Positions 27,097 through 38,500 of a stretch of DNA of 64,000 bases are shown here, piece after piece (positions within the stretch are counted from its first letter, which is position 1; the number at the start of each line of letters is the position of its first letter). The notes beneath the pieces were generated by a model. It made no database searches and was not told where the DNA came from. It saw only the letters and a program-made list of their open reading frames with translations. The position numbers were made by a program, and so were the translations under genes. The stretch comes from a virus. The stretch lies in IMG/VR virus record IMGVR_UViG_3300023178_003744, positions 13,224 through 77,223 of that record. One strand, 5' to 3'.

Positions 27097-28611
27097 TTAC
27101 ACCATTAAAAAACATTCAACAAGCTTTTCGTCAGTATTTATATTTGTTTCTAACGCTATGCCTACAAGATGAAACTTTTGTTCTACACTTGCACAGCCAT
27201 TATTGCAAGCCCAAACTCTATCACCTTTATTTACAGGACCTGTAACTCTTACAGGCACACGGCCTTTAAGTGCAATTGCTTGTCCTTCAGCTTCGGCATT
27301 CATCAACAGTGCTGGTTTCTTAGAAATAACTCCTATAGCTGCAAAAGAATTTTCAGTATATTCTTTAGTTTCTGTATCTTCATATGTGCTCACCGTCATT
27401 ACGGTGCCTACTGCATAATCTTTGTCTGTTGTATAAACTTCAGCTAAGTCAGCATATTTTGCTTTAGTAGCTGTACCTTGGAATAGTACTGCATTTAAAT
27501 TGCCGCCTGCATCACGTATAGCAACTGTATTTCCAGTACCAGTTGCTGCTGTATCAACGCTACCTGGATATACTGTACCACCAACTCTTAATCCTAGTGC
27601 ATCGCTAGCAGTACCGATAAAGTTACTTGCATACATGTCAATATACGGACTTGCTGCACTACCTACATTAACACTTTGGCCTGGCCCCGGTAATAGTTCT
27701 CCAGCTTTTGCTTGTACAACATCAACATCTGCGCCGCCGCCGCTTTTCACACGCAACTTTGTTACTAAGCCTTGTTGATTTTGTATAACTGCTTCATTAC
27801 CATTTTCTATGAAAAGTTGTAAATCTTTACTAGCACCTATTGCTACACCACCGTCGTTGTTAACATCTACTGCTTCTTGTAATTGAGTTGTAATACCTGG
27901 GATTTCTTTAATGTGATATTGTGCTAGTACGCCTCCTAGCATTTCTGCATTACGCACAGTGCCCCAGAATATATGATCACTTGAAGTTACACCCGGACCG
28001 TAAGCATCGCCAGCTGGATCAGTAGTTGTAGTGTTAAGTTGCGTCATACCGGGAAATACATTATCAAATCCCGGATAAGCATTTACTGCTTGGTCAATGG
28101 TGTACTCGTTGTCATTACTTACAATATAAACTGTTACATCATTAATTACCGCAATAATTGCCTGGTGATTAATTCCTAGTGTATCACGTATTAATACACT
28201 TTTCCAAAGTGTTTCACCATCGCCTGCGTCTTGAGGACCAATTAAAATAAATTCATTACCAGTGTACGCATACAACTGCAAATCATCATTATCCCACCAA
28301 AGGTCACCTTCTAATAGTCCTACTGGCGGTTCTGGTGCAACTTCTGTACCACCGGTGTTTCTCCAGCGAACACCGTTCCAATATTTTAAGCGTCCGGAAC
28401 CAGCATCGTACCAAACTTGTCCAGTTAGTTTTCTCGGTGGTTGGTTTGCTCCTGCAAAATTTTCAAGTAGAAATACAAAGTTTTCATTTTGTATTTCGCC
28501 GTAACCTGCATAGTTACGCCCAACTAGTTTAAGATCAGTGGACTGATCAATAGTGCCGTCTTCGACAACTGTTAATACATCATTATCATAGGTATTAATT
28601 GTATATGCCAT
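27097..28611 (-). CDS. Tail fibre-like protein with C-terminal intramolecular chaperone/autocleavage-like domain
   Basis: N-terminal MAYTI...L.L.G.NY.GYGE..NENF..LLENFA module; C-terminal YADLAE.Y...GVIS..PA.LMN...AL.GRVPV.V.G.V.KGD. Confidence 0.7.
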   Translation of the reverse strand: MAYTINTYDNDVLTVVEDGTIDQSTDLKLVGRNYAGYGEIQNENFVFLLENFAGANQPPRKLTGQVWYDAGSGRLKYWNGVRWRNTGGTEVAPEPPVGLLEGDLWWDNDDLQLYAYTGNEFILIGPQDAGDGETLWKSVLIRDTLGINHQAIIAVINDVTVYIVSNDNEYTIDQAVNAYPGFDNVFPGMTQLNTTTTDPAGDAYGPGVTSSDHIFWGTVRNAEMLGGVLAQYHIKEIPGITTQLQEAVDVNNDGGVAIGASKDLQLFIENGNEAVIQNQQGLVTKLRVKSGGGADVDVVQAKAGELLPGPGQSVNVGSAASPYIDMYASNFIGTASDALGLRVGGTVYPGSVDTAATGTGNTVAIRDAGGNLNAVLFQGTATKAKYADLAEVYTTDKDYAVGTVMTVSTYEDTETKEYTENSFAAIGVISKKPALLMNAEAEGQAIALKGRVPVRVTGPVNKGDRVWACNNGCASVEQKFHLVGIALETNINTDEKLVECFLMV

Positions 28612-28636
28612 GCTTGCTTAACCTCTCAGTTACAAG

Positions 28637-28642
28637 TATTTA
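28637..28642 (-). promoter_or_regulatory. Late promoter TAAATA
   Basis: Intergenic, upstream of a GAGAGG SD and ATG 28611. Confidence 0.5.
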
Positions 28643-28659
28643 GCCTAATTTATTAGATT

Positions 28660-29814
28660 TTACAATGCAGCAATTCTAGCTTGGAAGTCTGCAAAGTTAG
28701 TGCTTGCTGCTACTTCAGTTTGCAGTACAGATAAACTAATATATCCTGGTATTGTTCCATTTACAGCATCTACTAGAAGAGTTGAATCGTCTGCAAATAC
28801 GCTACCTTTAAAATCACTTACTACTTCTGTAGCGGTCACAGTGCCGGTCACGTCTAATTCTGAAGCTGGTGCACTATTGAAAATGCCAATCCTACTTTCA
28901 CTGCTATCTATATATAAAGCATCAACTCGTGTTGTATCGTCTAGAATTCTTATTGCAAAATCGTTATTTTGTCTTTCTATATCTAAGACAGTATTTGTTG
29001 TTGAAGTATCAACTTTTAATGTTCCATATTTTGAGTCTTGATATCCTATAGATAGACCACTTGTGCCTTTTACAAATAATCCTGATTCTATGTTTTGATC
29101 AACTAATACGTTTTCGCTATCTCTTTGATTATTTCTAACAAAATTACTTGGAGAATAATTGTTACCGTCTGCGCCAACAAGTGTGTCTGTTGAAAGGGCT
29201 GTTCCTCTAAATTTATAATTGTCAACATCTACAGGATTAAAACCAATTTTGATAGGTGTATTTGCTGGATATAATGATATACCAAAAGTATTAATTGGCG
29301 TAAATTCTTCTCTACTAGATATACCTACTAAAAAACCATTTACATAATGAGTTTGTACTGTTTTAGGCACACCTACTGTATCAGTTAACGTTATTGCTTC
29401 TGTGCCTGTTTTTCCTTGTGCCTTTGTATACGCAGGGCCCACGGTAATATATTCGCTACCGTTATAAAATTTCAATTGGTCTACACCAGTATCAATAAAA
29501 ATGTCACCGATATCAGCGTTGCTTGCTACAGTTCCTACTATATTGCCGTTTGCAGTAACAAAATTTTCACCATTATATACAAGTAATCTACCTTGTGCAA
29601 TATCAAACCAAATTTGACCTAGTAATGCATTCTCAGGTGCAGTAGTTGAAGCAAAATTTTCTAATAATTTAACAAAATTTTCGTTTAATGCTTCGCCAAA
29701 GTTTGAATAATTTTGCCCTATTAATGCAAGATCAGTTGATGTAGTATCTAGCACACCGTCTATTAGATCTGTTAATATATCACCGTTGGTTTTATTAATC
29801 CTATAACTCATCAA
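28660..29814 (-). CDS. Tail fibre-like structural protein
   Basis: Same N-terminal LLENFA module; IGI.N.AP...LDV.G fibre repeat. Confidence 0.7.
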   Translation of the reverse strand: MMSYRINKTNGDILTDLIDGVLDTTSTDLALIGQNYSNFGEALNENFVKLLENFASTTAPENALLGQIWFDIAQGRLLVYNGENFVTANGNIVGTVASNADIGDIFIDTGVDQLKFYNGSEYITVGPAYTKAQGKTGTEAITLTDTVGVPKTVQTHYVNGFLVGISSREEFTPINTFGISLYPANTPIKIGFNPVDVDNYKFRGTALSTDTLVGADGNNYSPSNFVRNNQRDSENVLVDQNIESGLFVKGTSGLSIGYQDSKYGTLKVDTSTTNTVLDIERQNNDFAIRILDDTTRVDALYIDSSESRIGIFNSAPASELDVTGTVTATEVVSDFKGSVFADDSTLLVDAVNGTIPGYISLSVLQTEVAASTNFADFQARIAAL

Positions 29815-31919
29815 TTAACTCCTGTATAGATGATGTAGCTCATTGTTAAATGTGGATTTGTAACATCTAATGGTAGACCTGTTGTAGGATTAAGTACGCC
29901 GCCACTGGATGCGATTCTCTCACTAGTATTACTTAATGCAACTTCAAATGATCCACTTGACACTCCACTAGGTGTTGGTGTTTCTTGTATTTCCCTATAG
30001 GCATAGAACTGCTGTCCTGTACTAGATTTTAAATCATGTTCGTGTTCGGGTAAATTTTGTACATCAATACTAACTTCTTCATTACCACCTACTGCTGCTA
30101 TTGTTTGCGCACTAGCCCCTGTTACTCTATTGGTATCTGCAGATGGTGTTGTACTGCCCATATTATACGCACCTAAAGGCAATCTGCCTCGTAAATCTGG
30201 TAATACAAAAGTTCCTTCAGTTGATGTTGGATTTCCCAAACCATCAACTGGTGTATAAGTATATCCTATAACATTGAACAACAGAGAATATATGTTAATA
30301 TCTAGCTCTGCTCCATTACACCAAGCCCACCCCGAAGGCACTGTACTTGTAGGCCATATCATCATTCCGCCTACTGGCATGACTCCAGGTATGTTACTTA
30401 AAAAAGTTTGTCTTGTAATTCTTTTAAGACCAGTGTTCAAGCCATCTAGTCTTTCTACAAGTATTTGATCAGAATTAAATGTTTCTGTTGTTAAGTCTTT
30501 GGTATTAATAACTGTAGGTGCAATGGTCAAATTAAATGTTTTTGTAGTACCTGTGCTACCATCAAAATCATTAGAAACTGTCTCTACGTCTCCAGTAAAC
30601 TGAAATACTGTGCTGTTTGTTAATCTAGATGCGGTGCCTGCATTACCACTTACTGATCCAAAAACATTTCCTTGCACGTTGCCTACAAAACTAGAAGCAT
30701 AAATGTTTTTAAATTTAAGATCGGCTCTACCTATATTGCGAGCACTGTCTAAGTCAGGTATAATTAAGTCATTCCTTGGATCATTTTCTGGAATGTCTAA
30801 ATTACCAATTACTAAACCTTCTTTAAATGTTGCACCGCCTCCAACATTTAAATTGCCTGATATCCCTGCGCCGCCTGTAATTACAAGTGATCCAGTTTGA
30901 AAATCTGTAGATTCAACACCGCCTGCACCTTTGATATTACCAGTAGCAGCAATGTTTCCATCTACATCTAAAGCTTCTTCAGGTGCTTGATTATTGATAC
31001 CTACTTTTTGATCACTTGCTAAACTTAATATAGTTTTTGTTTGCCCAGCTTGTCTAAGTCTAAAGTCAATATTACCGTTTTGAACACTATTACTAATAAC
31101 TCCATTTATATTATCAATTGAGAACGATATTTCGTTATTTACGCCTAATTTTAACGCATCTGCATTACGTATACGCAAAGGATATTGTGTTGTACTTTCG
31201 ACATCACTTCTTAAAAAATTGCCTGCGCTTACTACTTTATCGCCTATGATTAAATTTTCTGCTTTTTCTGCTACGCCATGATATTTTACTAAGTTTTCAT
31301 ATTGATCGGGATTTACTAGTGCATCTGGTTGCGTTACTGCAAGATTTATACCTGGTTTTATTTCTTTTCCTATAAAGCCAGGTATAGTTTGTTTTGGTGT
31401 AAATGTTTGATTAGATACAATAGCAATAGCATTTTGCTCTACTTCTAATACAACTACATTATATTCATTATTATCTGTTGCTACAATCTGCTTAACAGTA
31501 GCACCGGTAGTTAATCCATCACTGAATTCAGGGCCTACTAAAATCCAATTGTTACCATTGAACAAATACAACTGTTGAGAGCCTTGGTCAACCCACAAGT
31601 CACCATCTACACTATCAGCAACTTCAGGTCTTGTTAAGCTTTTTTGCAATCCGCCTGCACTTGAAAATTTCGTTCCGTCGTAAACTTTAAGTTGCTCTGC
31701 ATTGTTATCGTACCATACTTGACCTTCTATTGGATTTATAGGTTCTACAGGACTAGCAAAATTTTCAAGTAACCTAATTAAATTTTCTGCAATAACTTGT
31801 CCGTATCCAAGAGAATTTTTACCAGGTAGTTTTAAACTGGTTTCTGTATTGATAGTATTATCTTCTATCTCTATTGGATTTTTAGTTGTATTGTCTGAGA
31901 ACTCTATAGTGTAGGCCAT
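29811..31919 (-). CDS. Tail fibre protein with phage tail collar domain
   Basis: Same N-terminal module; PVGGMMIWP...PSGW..CNG....Y..LF.VIG...F.LPDLRGR (about 30380-30170) is the tail collar signature. Confidence 0.85.
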   Translation of the reverse strand: MAYTIEFSDNTTKNPIEIEDNTINTETSLKLPGKNSLGYGQVIAENLIRLLENFASPVEPINPIEGQVWYDNNAEQLKVYDGTKFSSAGGLQKSLTRPEVADSVDGDLWVDQGSQQLYLFNGNNWILVGPEFSDGLTTGATVKQIVATDNNEYNVVVLEVEQNAIAIVSNQTFTPKQTIPGFIGKEIKPGINLAVTQPDALVNPDQYENLVKYHGVAEKAENLIIGDKVVSAGNFLRSDVESTTQYPLRIRNADALKLGVNNEISFSIDNINGVISNSVQNGNIDFRLRQAGQTKTILSLASDQKVGINNQAPEEALDVDGNIAATGNIKGAGGVESTDFQTGSLVITGGAGISGNLNVGGGATFKEGLVIGNLDIPENDPRNDLIIPDLDSARNIGRADLKFKNIYASSFVGNVQGNVFGSVSGNAGTASRLTNSTVFQFTGDVETVSNDFDGSTGTTKTFNLTIAPTVINTKDLTTETFNSDQILVERLDGLNTGLKRITRQTFLSNIPGVMPVGGMMIWPTSTVPSGWAWCNGAELDINIYSLLFNVIGYTYTPVDGLGNPTSTEGTFVLPDLRGRLPLGAYNMGSTTPSADTNRVTGASAQTIAAVGGNEEVSIDVQNLPEHEHDLKSSTGQQFYAYREIQETPTPSGVSSGSFEVALSNTSERIASSGGVLNPTTGLPLDVTNPHLTMSYIIYTGVN

Positions 31920-31921
31920 TT

Positions 31922-32536
31922 TTATTCCTCATTAAACCCAGTTAGACTTTGAATTCTAACTGTGTAATCTATTTGAATTAATCTATTAAGACTCTTTTGC
32001 ACTGGATGAAAAATTACATGAGTAAGCAATCTACCTTCACCGTTTGGATCATACGATACTAATCCAAGCTCGTCAAATATAAATATTCCGTCTGTAGTTT
32101 GTGAATTATCAAAGGCATCTTGACCTTCTGGTTCACTGTAATCTAAAAGACATGACACAAAAACATCAGTATAGTTAGTACCGCTTACGTGTCTAGTTTC
32201 AATTTTATTTCTAAACGGATCTACGTTTTCAACACTGTTATCGTCGACAATTTTGCTGTAAGTTTGATTATACAAACTTGCATTAGTGCCAGTGCTGTTA
32301 GGAGTCAAGTAAGTAATAATGCCTGTTGGGTCAACACTTGTTCCACCATTACCAAATGCCATTTGATATATAAAACCGCTGCTTGAATTACCTATACTTT
32401 CTGCTAAACTTATACTCATGTTTTCATAATGTATAGCATTGCGTTTATTAATTAATACTTCGCCAGAGTCAGGATCATGTATTTTTATATGACCCTCAAT
32501 ATGCACTCCGTTATAATCTTTCATTGCGTCGTTCAT
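31922..32536 (-). CDS. Virion structural protein (baseplate/tail-associated)
   Basis: Position in the tail module; FDELGL...LLTHVIFHPVQKS..R.I.I.Y.VRI end resembles tail/baseplate adaptor proteins. Confidence 0.55.
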   Translation of the reverse strand: MNDAMKDYNGVHIEGHIKIHDPDSGEVLINKRNAIHYENMSISLAESIGNSSSGFIYQMAFGNGGTSVDPTGIITYLTPNSTGTNASLYNQTYSKIVDDNSVENVDPFRNKIETRHVSGTNYTDVFVSCLLDYSEPEGQDAFDNSQTTDGIFIFDELGLVSYDPNGEGRLLTHVIFHPVQKSLNRLIQIDYTVRIQSLTGFNEE

Positions 32537-32555
32537 TTTTATATCCTAATAATTG

Positions 32556-32563
32556 TATTTATC
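32556..32563 (-). promoter_or_regulatory. Late promoter GATAAATA
   Basis: Intergenic, followed by an AGGA SD and ATG 32536. Confidence 0.55.
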
Positions 32564-32570
32564 TGACCTT

Positions 32571-35500
32571 TTAGTTAGATACATTTTGTAAAAACACTGC
32601 TGCTGGCGTAGCACTATCTTTTAAACTTTTACCTGATTCATACCAAGACATTCCCTTCTTGCGAATTACTAGTATTTTAACATTTTCAGGTGGTGTATTT
32701 TTTAACACTAATTTACTATCATCTACGATAGTAAAATCAGGCTCTAAAGTTATGTCGCCTTCTGGTGAATCTTGATCAATAGGTTGTATTACATTTCCTT
32801 GGTCATCTTTATATTCGAATCTATAACTAGCAATAGAATTTTTACGTAATCTAGACCCTGCTACAAAAACTTCAAACTCTGACTCACTTGTTGGCGTAAA
32901 GTCTAATTCATACTCGCTAGATGTTCCGTCTGCGGTAAAGATTGTACTAAACGTTTCGTCTTTGTAAGGAATTCTATGTTCATCATTAATGTATAAAACC
33001 TCTGTAGATTTTTCATGCAGTACCGGAACACCAGTTCCTAATGTTCCTCTTCTTATCTGAGATATCACATTACCATCTCTTACATAATATTCAATTCTTT
33101 CTCCGTTTATCCATATTATTCCCGGCTTATCATTTACGCCCGGTGATGGAAGATTATCTGCATTTTTTAGAGTAAGCTTTTTATCATACCAATATAAATC
33201 GTCAGCTAAAGTATATTCTTGATTATTAGTAATTGCGTAGAATCGTGTCCTATTTAAAATATCTTTAAACTGTATCCACGAAAGTTCACTTTGTACAGGG
33301 CCAGCCGCAAAGTGTATAACTAAAAATTCATCGCCTAAATCTACATCTGTAATAATTTCTATTACTTTTTTGCTAGAGTCTATTACATAATCAACATTTG
33401 GCGTCAGTAATTGCTTATTTCTCGATAGCCAAACATACTGTGCGTCAACAGTTTCTGTTGTAAGATTAATTTTTTTGTTTATTATGTTGGAAATTTTTCT
33501 CCATTCTTTTGTATTTTCTTGTAACCCAGACAATGATTTAACTGTGATTCTATCTCTAATCAAACCTTGATGCGTAGCATTGTTAAATCTATAAATTTTA
33601 ATTTTTGCATTCTCAGCATATATTGTGTCAAATGTAATAGTATTATTATCTACTATAAATTCTTCATTTACAAAATTACCAAACTGATATTCTGCATTAT
33701 GTCTTACATATACCTTTAAATCCTGCCCTGCATCAAAACTTACAACATTGTTGTCTAAAATTACAGCAGCTCTGTCTGAATCCCAATTATAGTCTTGCAA
33801 GTATTGTAATTTTGTGTCATCTATATATACCTCAACTGTATAACCAGGTATATTGCCTAAATCAACTTGCTCTTTATTTAAAGAATATTCAAAAACATTT
33901 GCTGTCAAATTAAAGGTTTCGTAATATCCTGGATCTAAGACTTGATCGTTTACAGTGACTACTACTTGCCATTCGTTTAGAGATCTAGTTTGACCTTCTT
34001 GAACTTCATACTGTGTAGAACTACCATCTGCTGTTAAGTTTTCTATAGACAACTGACTGTAGTTTATATGATCACTAGTATTGTATATGTTATACTGTAT
34101 TTCAGCATTTTCTTGTATGGAATCTGCAAATTCAACAACCGTGTTACCTGCGTCGTCGTTTACAAGCTGATGTTCTTTTTCTATGCCATCTACTGATACA
34201 ATACTTTGTAAATTTTCTTTGTAAGGCACACTTGTTATTATGCTTAGTGTACTACCGTCACTTATTAATGATTCCGAAGCTAAAATATCGTTGCCGCCTA
34301 CAGAGAAATTACTTATAGATATAATATCTCCATTTGCAGGTGCAGTGTTAAATTCTATGCTTGAATTATTAAAATCTACAGTAAACTCTGCTGTGTCAAC
34401 TATATCTCCGTTTAATCTTGCAATAATCTGATTATTTAAAAATACATCTGCATTTACTTTGTAAATTTTTGTACTTCCGTCGCCGTAATAAGTGTCTGAC
34501 GATATTACGCTAGAACCGCCTTGAGCTTTTTGTGTTACCTTGATGTTTAAGGTGTCTAGTACTTGTCCAGGTACATGTTCTTCTACGCTTCCGCTTGTAT
34601 TAGGAGTTACAAAATTATCTCCGTCTATTGTAATATCATTTGCTAATAAACCCTGAGCATTACCATATGTTAAATTACCGCCAGATAAGTTTGTATCAAT
34701 ACTGTCAGGCATAGGAGCAAATGTACCGTCACTCGAAGTTTTTCTAATTACAAGCACATCGCCTTGTACTACTTTTATTTCTGCATAATTAGCAGATCCT
34801 GGCATTCTAAATTCATCTAGATATAATGTTTGTGTTACGCCATCGCCAATTAACGATTCCATAATAGCATTAGGGTTATCTACAATAGTAGACCCGTCGT
34901 ATGCTGAATCATCTAATCTTGTGTTGTTCAAGTATACGTTATAGGTTGTATTTGCTTCTAATGGTGAACTTAATGTAATCTGTGTAGTAGAACCATCAAA
35001 AGTAAATATTTCATCTTCGTTTGTATCTACATAAGAATCCCAAGTACTGTTAAACCATACATCATTGTCCCAGCCCTTAATGTTATCAAACTCTAAACCT
35101 TTAACTTCAACACCGCCGTAGTCTACACCAGACATAAGTTGTGATAGTTCTTTTCCTAATCCTTCTGTTTGAGGTAGATACAATTTTCCTATTCGGTCGG
35201 CAGCATTTAATAGTTCTATAGATTTAGAGTACTCAATTCTTACTTCTGAACCTTCACTTAGAGGATTGTTTGTAGTTATTCTTCCTAAATATCTCAAATA
35301 GCTTTTTGTTTTATCTTCAATATTTTCGTAAGTATAATCACCAAGTAATAATTCTATATCATTTACATACACTTTAATTTTGTCAGTACGTATGTCTAAT
35401 GGCCATTTTAAAGTGTATTGAGTTGAAGTTCCGCTAGCAACAAAAGATTCGGTAGACTCTAAAACACTTACAACAAAATTATTTGTTATTCTATCAAATT

Positions 35501-38500
35501 TCATTTTACTTGTAAGAGATCTTGTCTTACTGTTTCCTATTTCTACACTTATTCTTGCAGGTGTGCCAGAGTCTGTTATATTAGAAATAATTTCAACTTC
35601 GGGTACTGAAAAATATCCTTTACCAGGGTTTATGATTTCACATCTTTTTAATTTGCCATTTGTTCCAATGTATGTTTTAATTTCTGCACCAGTGCCTGAC
35701 TTGCTTGTTAAATTTATGATAGGCGGCGTTCTATAACCACTACCCGGATCTATAATATTAACTGCCGTTATTTCAAAACTTGCGTTGTCTAACCAAATTT
35801 TATTAGGATAATCTTCGACAAATCTAGACTCTACTTCTATTTGATCGTTGATGAATTTTGTCTTAGGAACAACAATTCGATTCAACTCATCATCATAGAC
35901 TACTCTTAAATCAAAGTCTGTAGTAAGAGCTCTTGCTGGTTCTAATCTATCATAGATACTTAAATATTCTCTTATTTTAGTCTTATAAGGCTTTATTTCT
36001 TCTATATAATTTTCATAGCTAGGCAAATTATCATTATTAAAAGTAAGATCTTTTCTTAATTTTCCGACATTATGCTTTGCTTTTATAAAACTTGTTTTAA
36101 ATAACCAGTCTGCATTATTTTGCTCTGATAGTAAATATCTTATACTAGCAAAAAATAGTTTATTATATTCATCTAACAAGTCATTTACAAACAAGTTATT
36201 CTTAATTGCATAAAGAATTATTCTAAGTTCAAAAATTGGTAGGAAATCATATAGCTTTATATCAAAACTATTACTATCATAACCAAACGGTAAAGGTTTG
36301 TAAAGTCTTTCTGAAAATTCTATAGTTCCATTTTGTCTACCAATGGTGTCGTAATCTATTGTATAATCTAAACTATTAGTTGTGTTAACTCTACGTAGGA
36401 GCAACCAGCCACCCGTGCCTACATTTTTAATTTTTACAGTTTGATTAAAATTAATATTAGCTGTATAAATGTCATGTGTTGTTTCAACAATATGATTTAT
36501 TTCTGTATTTTGATTATACCCTTTTGCGTACCAGTCTATATAATTCCAGTACAATGTAGTATCAAACTTTTGAGTAATTGCTCTAGTCCATACCTGGAAT
36601 ACAGTATCTCTTTCGTATATAGCCCATTTGGTATTGATGTTAGAGTCAGAATTTACTAATACTCTATAACTACGAACAGTAGCAATGGTATCTTTATCAT
36701 AATTTTGCCCTGCGTTTTCTATCACAACAGAACTTAATTTGCCTACACTATCAATAGTAGTAGAAATTACAGCGCCCGAACCTTGCCCTATTATTTCTAC
36801 TGTAGGTGCTACTTTGTATCCGCGACCTTTTGATACAATGTCTACTCTAGAAACTCTACCGTTTTCGATAACCAAAGAAATTTTTGCCTGTGTAAACTTT
36901 TCTGTTTTAATATCTGTTAAATCATCATAAGTATCTACAATTTGGTCATAAGCTTGTTGTTCGCTTGTAGGTGGAGGATCTGCATCAAATAAAGGTGTTA
37001 AATCTTTATTATCTACGATGAGATTTTGTTTTAGCACATAATTTGTACGCTCGACAACCTGTTTCAAAGCTTCAATTCTGTTTTCAAACCAAGTTTGTCT
37101 AGGTGTAAATAGGTTTCCGTATCTATATTTAATAGGAACTCTTGGATCTGGAACTGGTCTTTGAAAATCGTCGTATCCAATTAAGCTGTCGTACCATTTC
37201 AAGATAATATCATCATTAGGCTGACTCGAACCTAAATTTTCTGTTGTGATTTGATATTGTAAGTGCGAATTGTTGTCTTCATTGCCGACCTTAAAAGTTT
37301 GCACACTTAATACTATATCATCATCTGTTAAATATTTCTTTACATTGTTTAGTAAGAATGAATTACCATTTAAGAAAGAAACAAATTCTATGCCTGCGTT
37401 TACAGGGTTGCTAATAATAGAAGCTATCTGAGAAATACTAATATTTCTACCTTCTACATTTGGTATAGTGCTTTTGTTTTTTACCCAAAAATAGTACCTT
37501 GGCACAAATTGTTCTGATACAACATCATATTTTTGTTTAACAGTATATGCTCTATTACCATACACACTAAATCCACCCGATATTAATCCTTCTTGAACTA
37601 CAGAATCATATTCAGACGGAGTTAATCGACTTTCTACCCATTCGTACACATCAATACTGCTATTATCAATCAATGTATTTTGAGTTTGGGAGTTATATAT
37701 TACGTCATTTTGATATGTATTTAAGAATGAAGCATTACTAATATCCCACCATACTTTGCCTACATACTCTTCCGCCCAAGGCGAACCACTATCAAAAATT
37801 ACATCTTCACCTTCGTCAGAGCTACTACTAGTTGATACTATATTGTAACTAGCTGGATCATCTGGTGTTTTAAATGATATTTCTTGCTCTGCAACTCCGG
37901 CTATTTTTCCTTGAATAATATCTATGTAGTCTAAATTCCTAATTACTTTGTCTGTTTTTCTGTTATACAAAAAGACTTTTTTAATCTTACTAAGGTCAAC
38001 TGTTTCTTCAAGGCTTCTTATTTTTAACCACATTGTATTAGTTGTGGTATCTGTAAGTTTAAAATTATAAATTTGTCCTATACTATCATCTCTAAATGTC
38101 GAAGTTGCATATATGTTATTGTTTTTTAGAACAATTTGAGAACCAAAATTTTCAATGTCATTATCTGGAGCACTTAAGATTTGCGCTAATAGGAATTCAT
38201 CATCGATATTATCATAAATGTAAACTTTTCCTTGATTTGCATTTGTATATGCAAACCGTGTAAAGCTGTAATCAAACGTTGTGTTATTATTGTCATATGT
38301 TGTATCAATAATTGATTCGCTATTTTTTGCGCTAATTAGTAATTTTTCACCGTCGAAATCAATTTCTGTGCCAAATTGTTCATTTTTGTCATAGTTTTGA
38401 TTTTCAAGAACAGACAGTAATTCAAACGAGCCGTTAATTTGCTTATAAATTAAAACTCGACCTTCATTTTTTCTAATTGTATCTTTTAAGGGTTCGTTAA

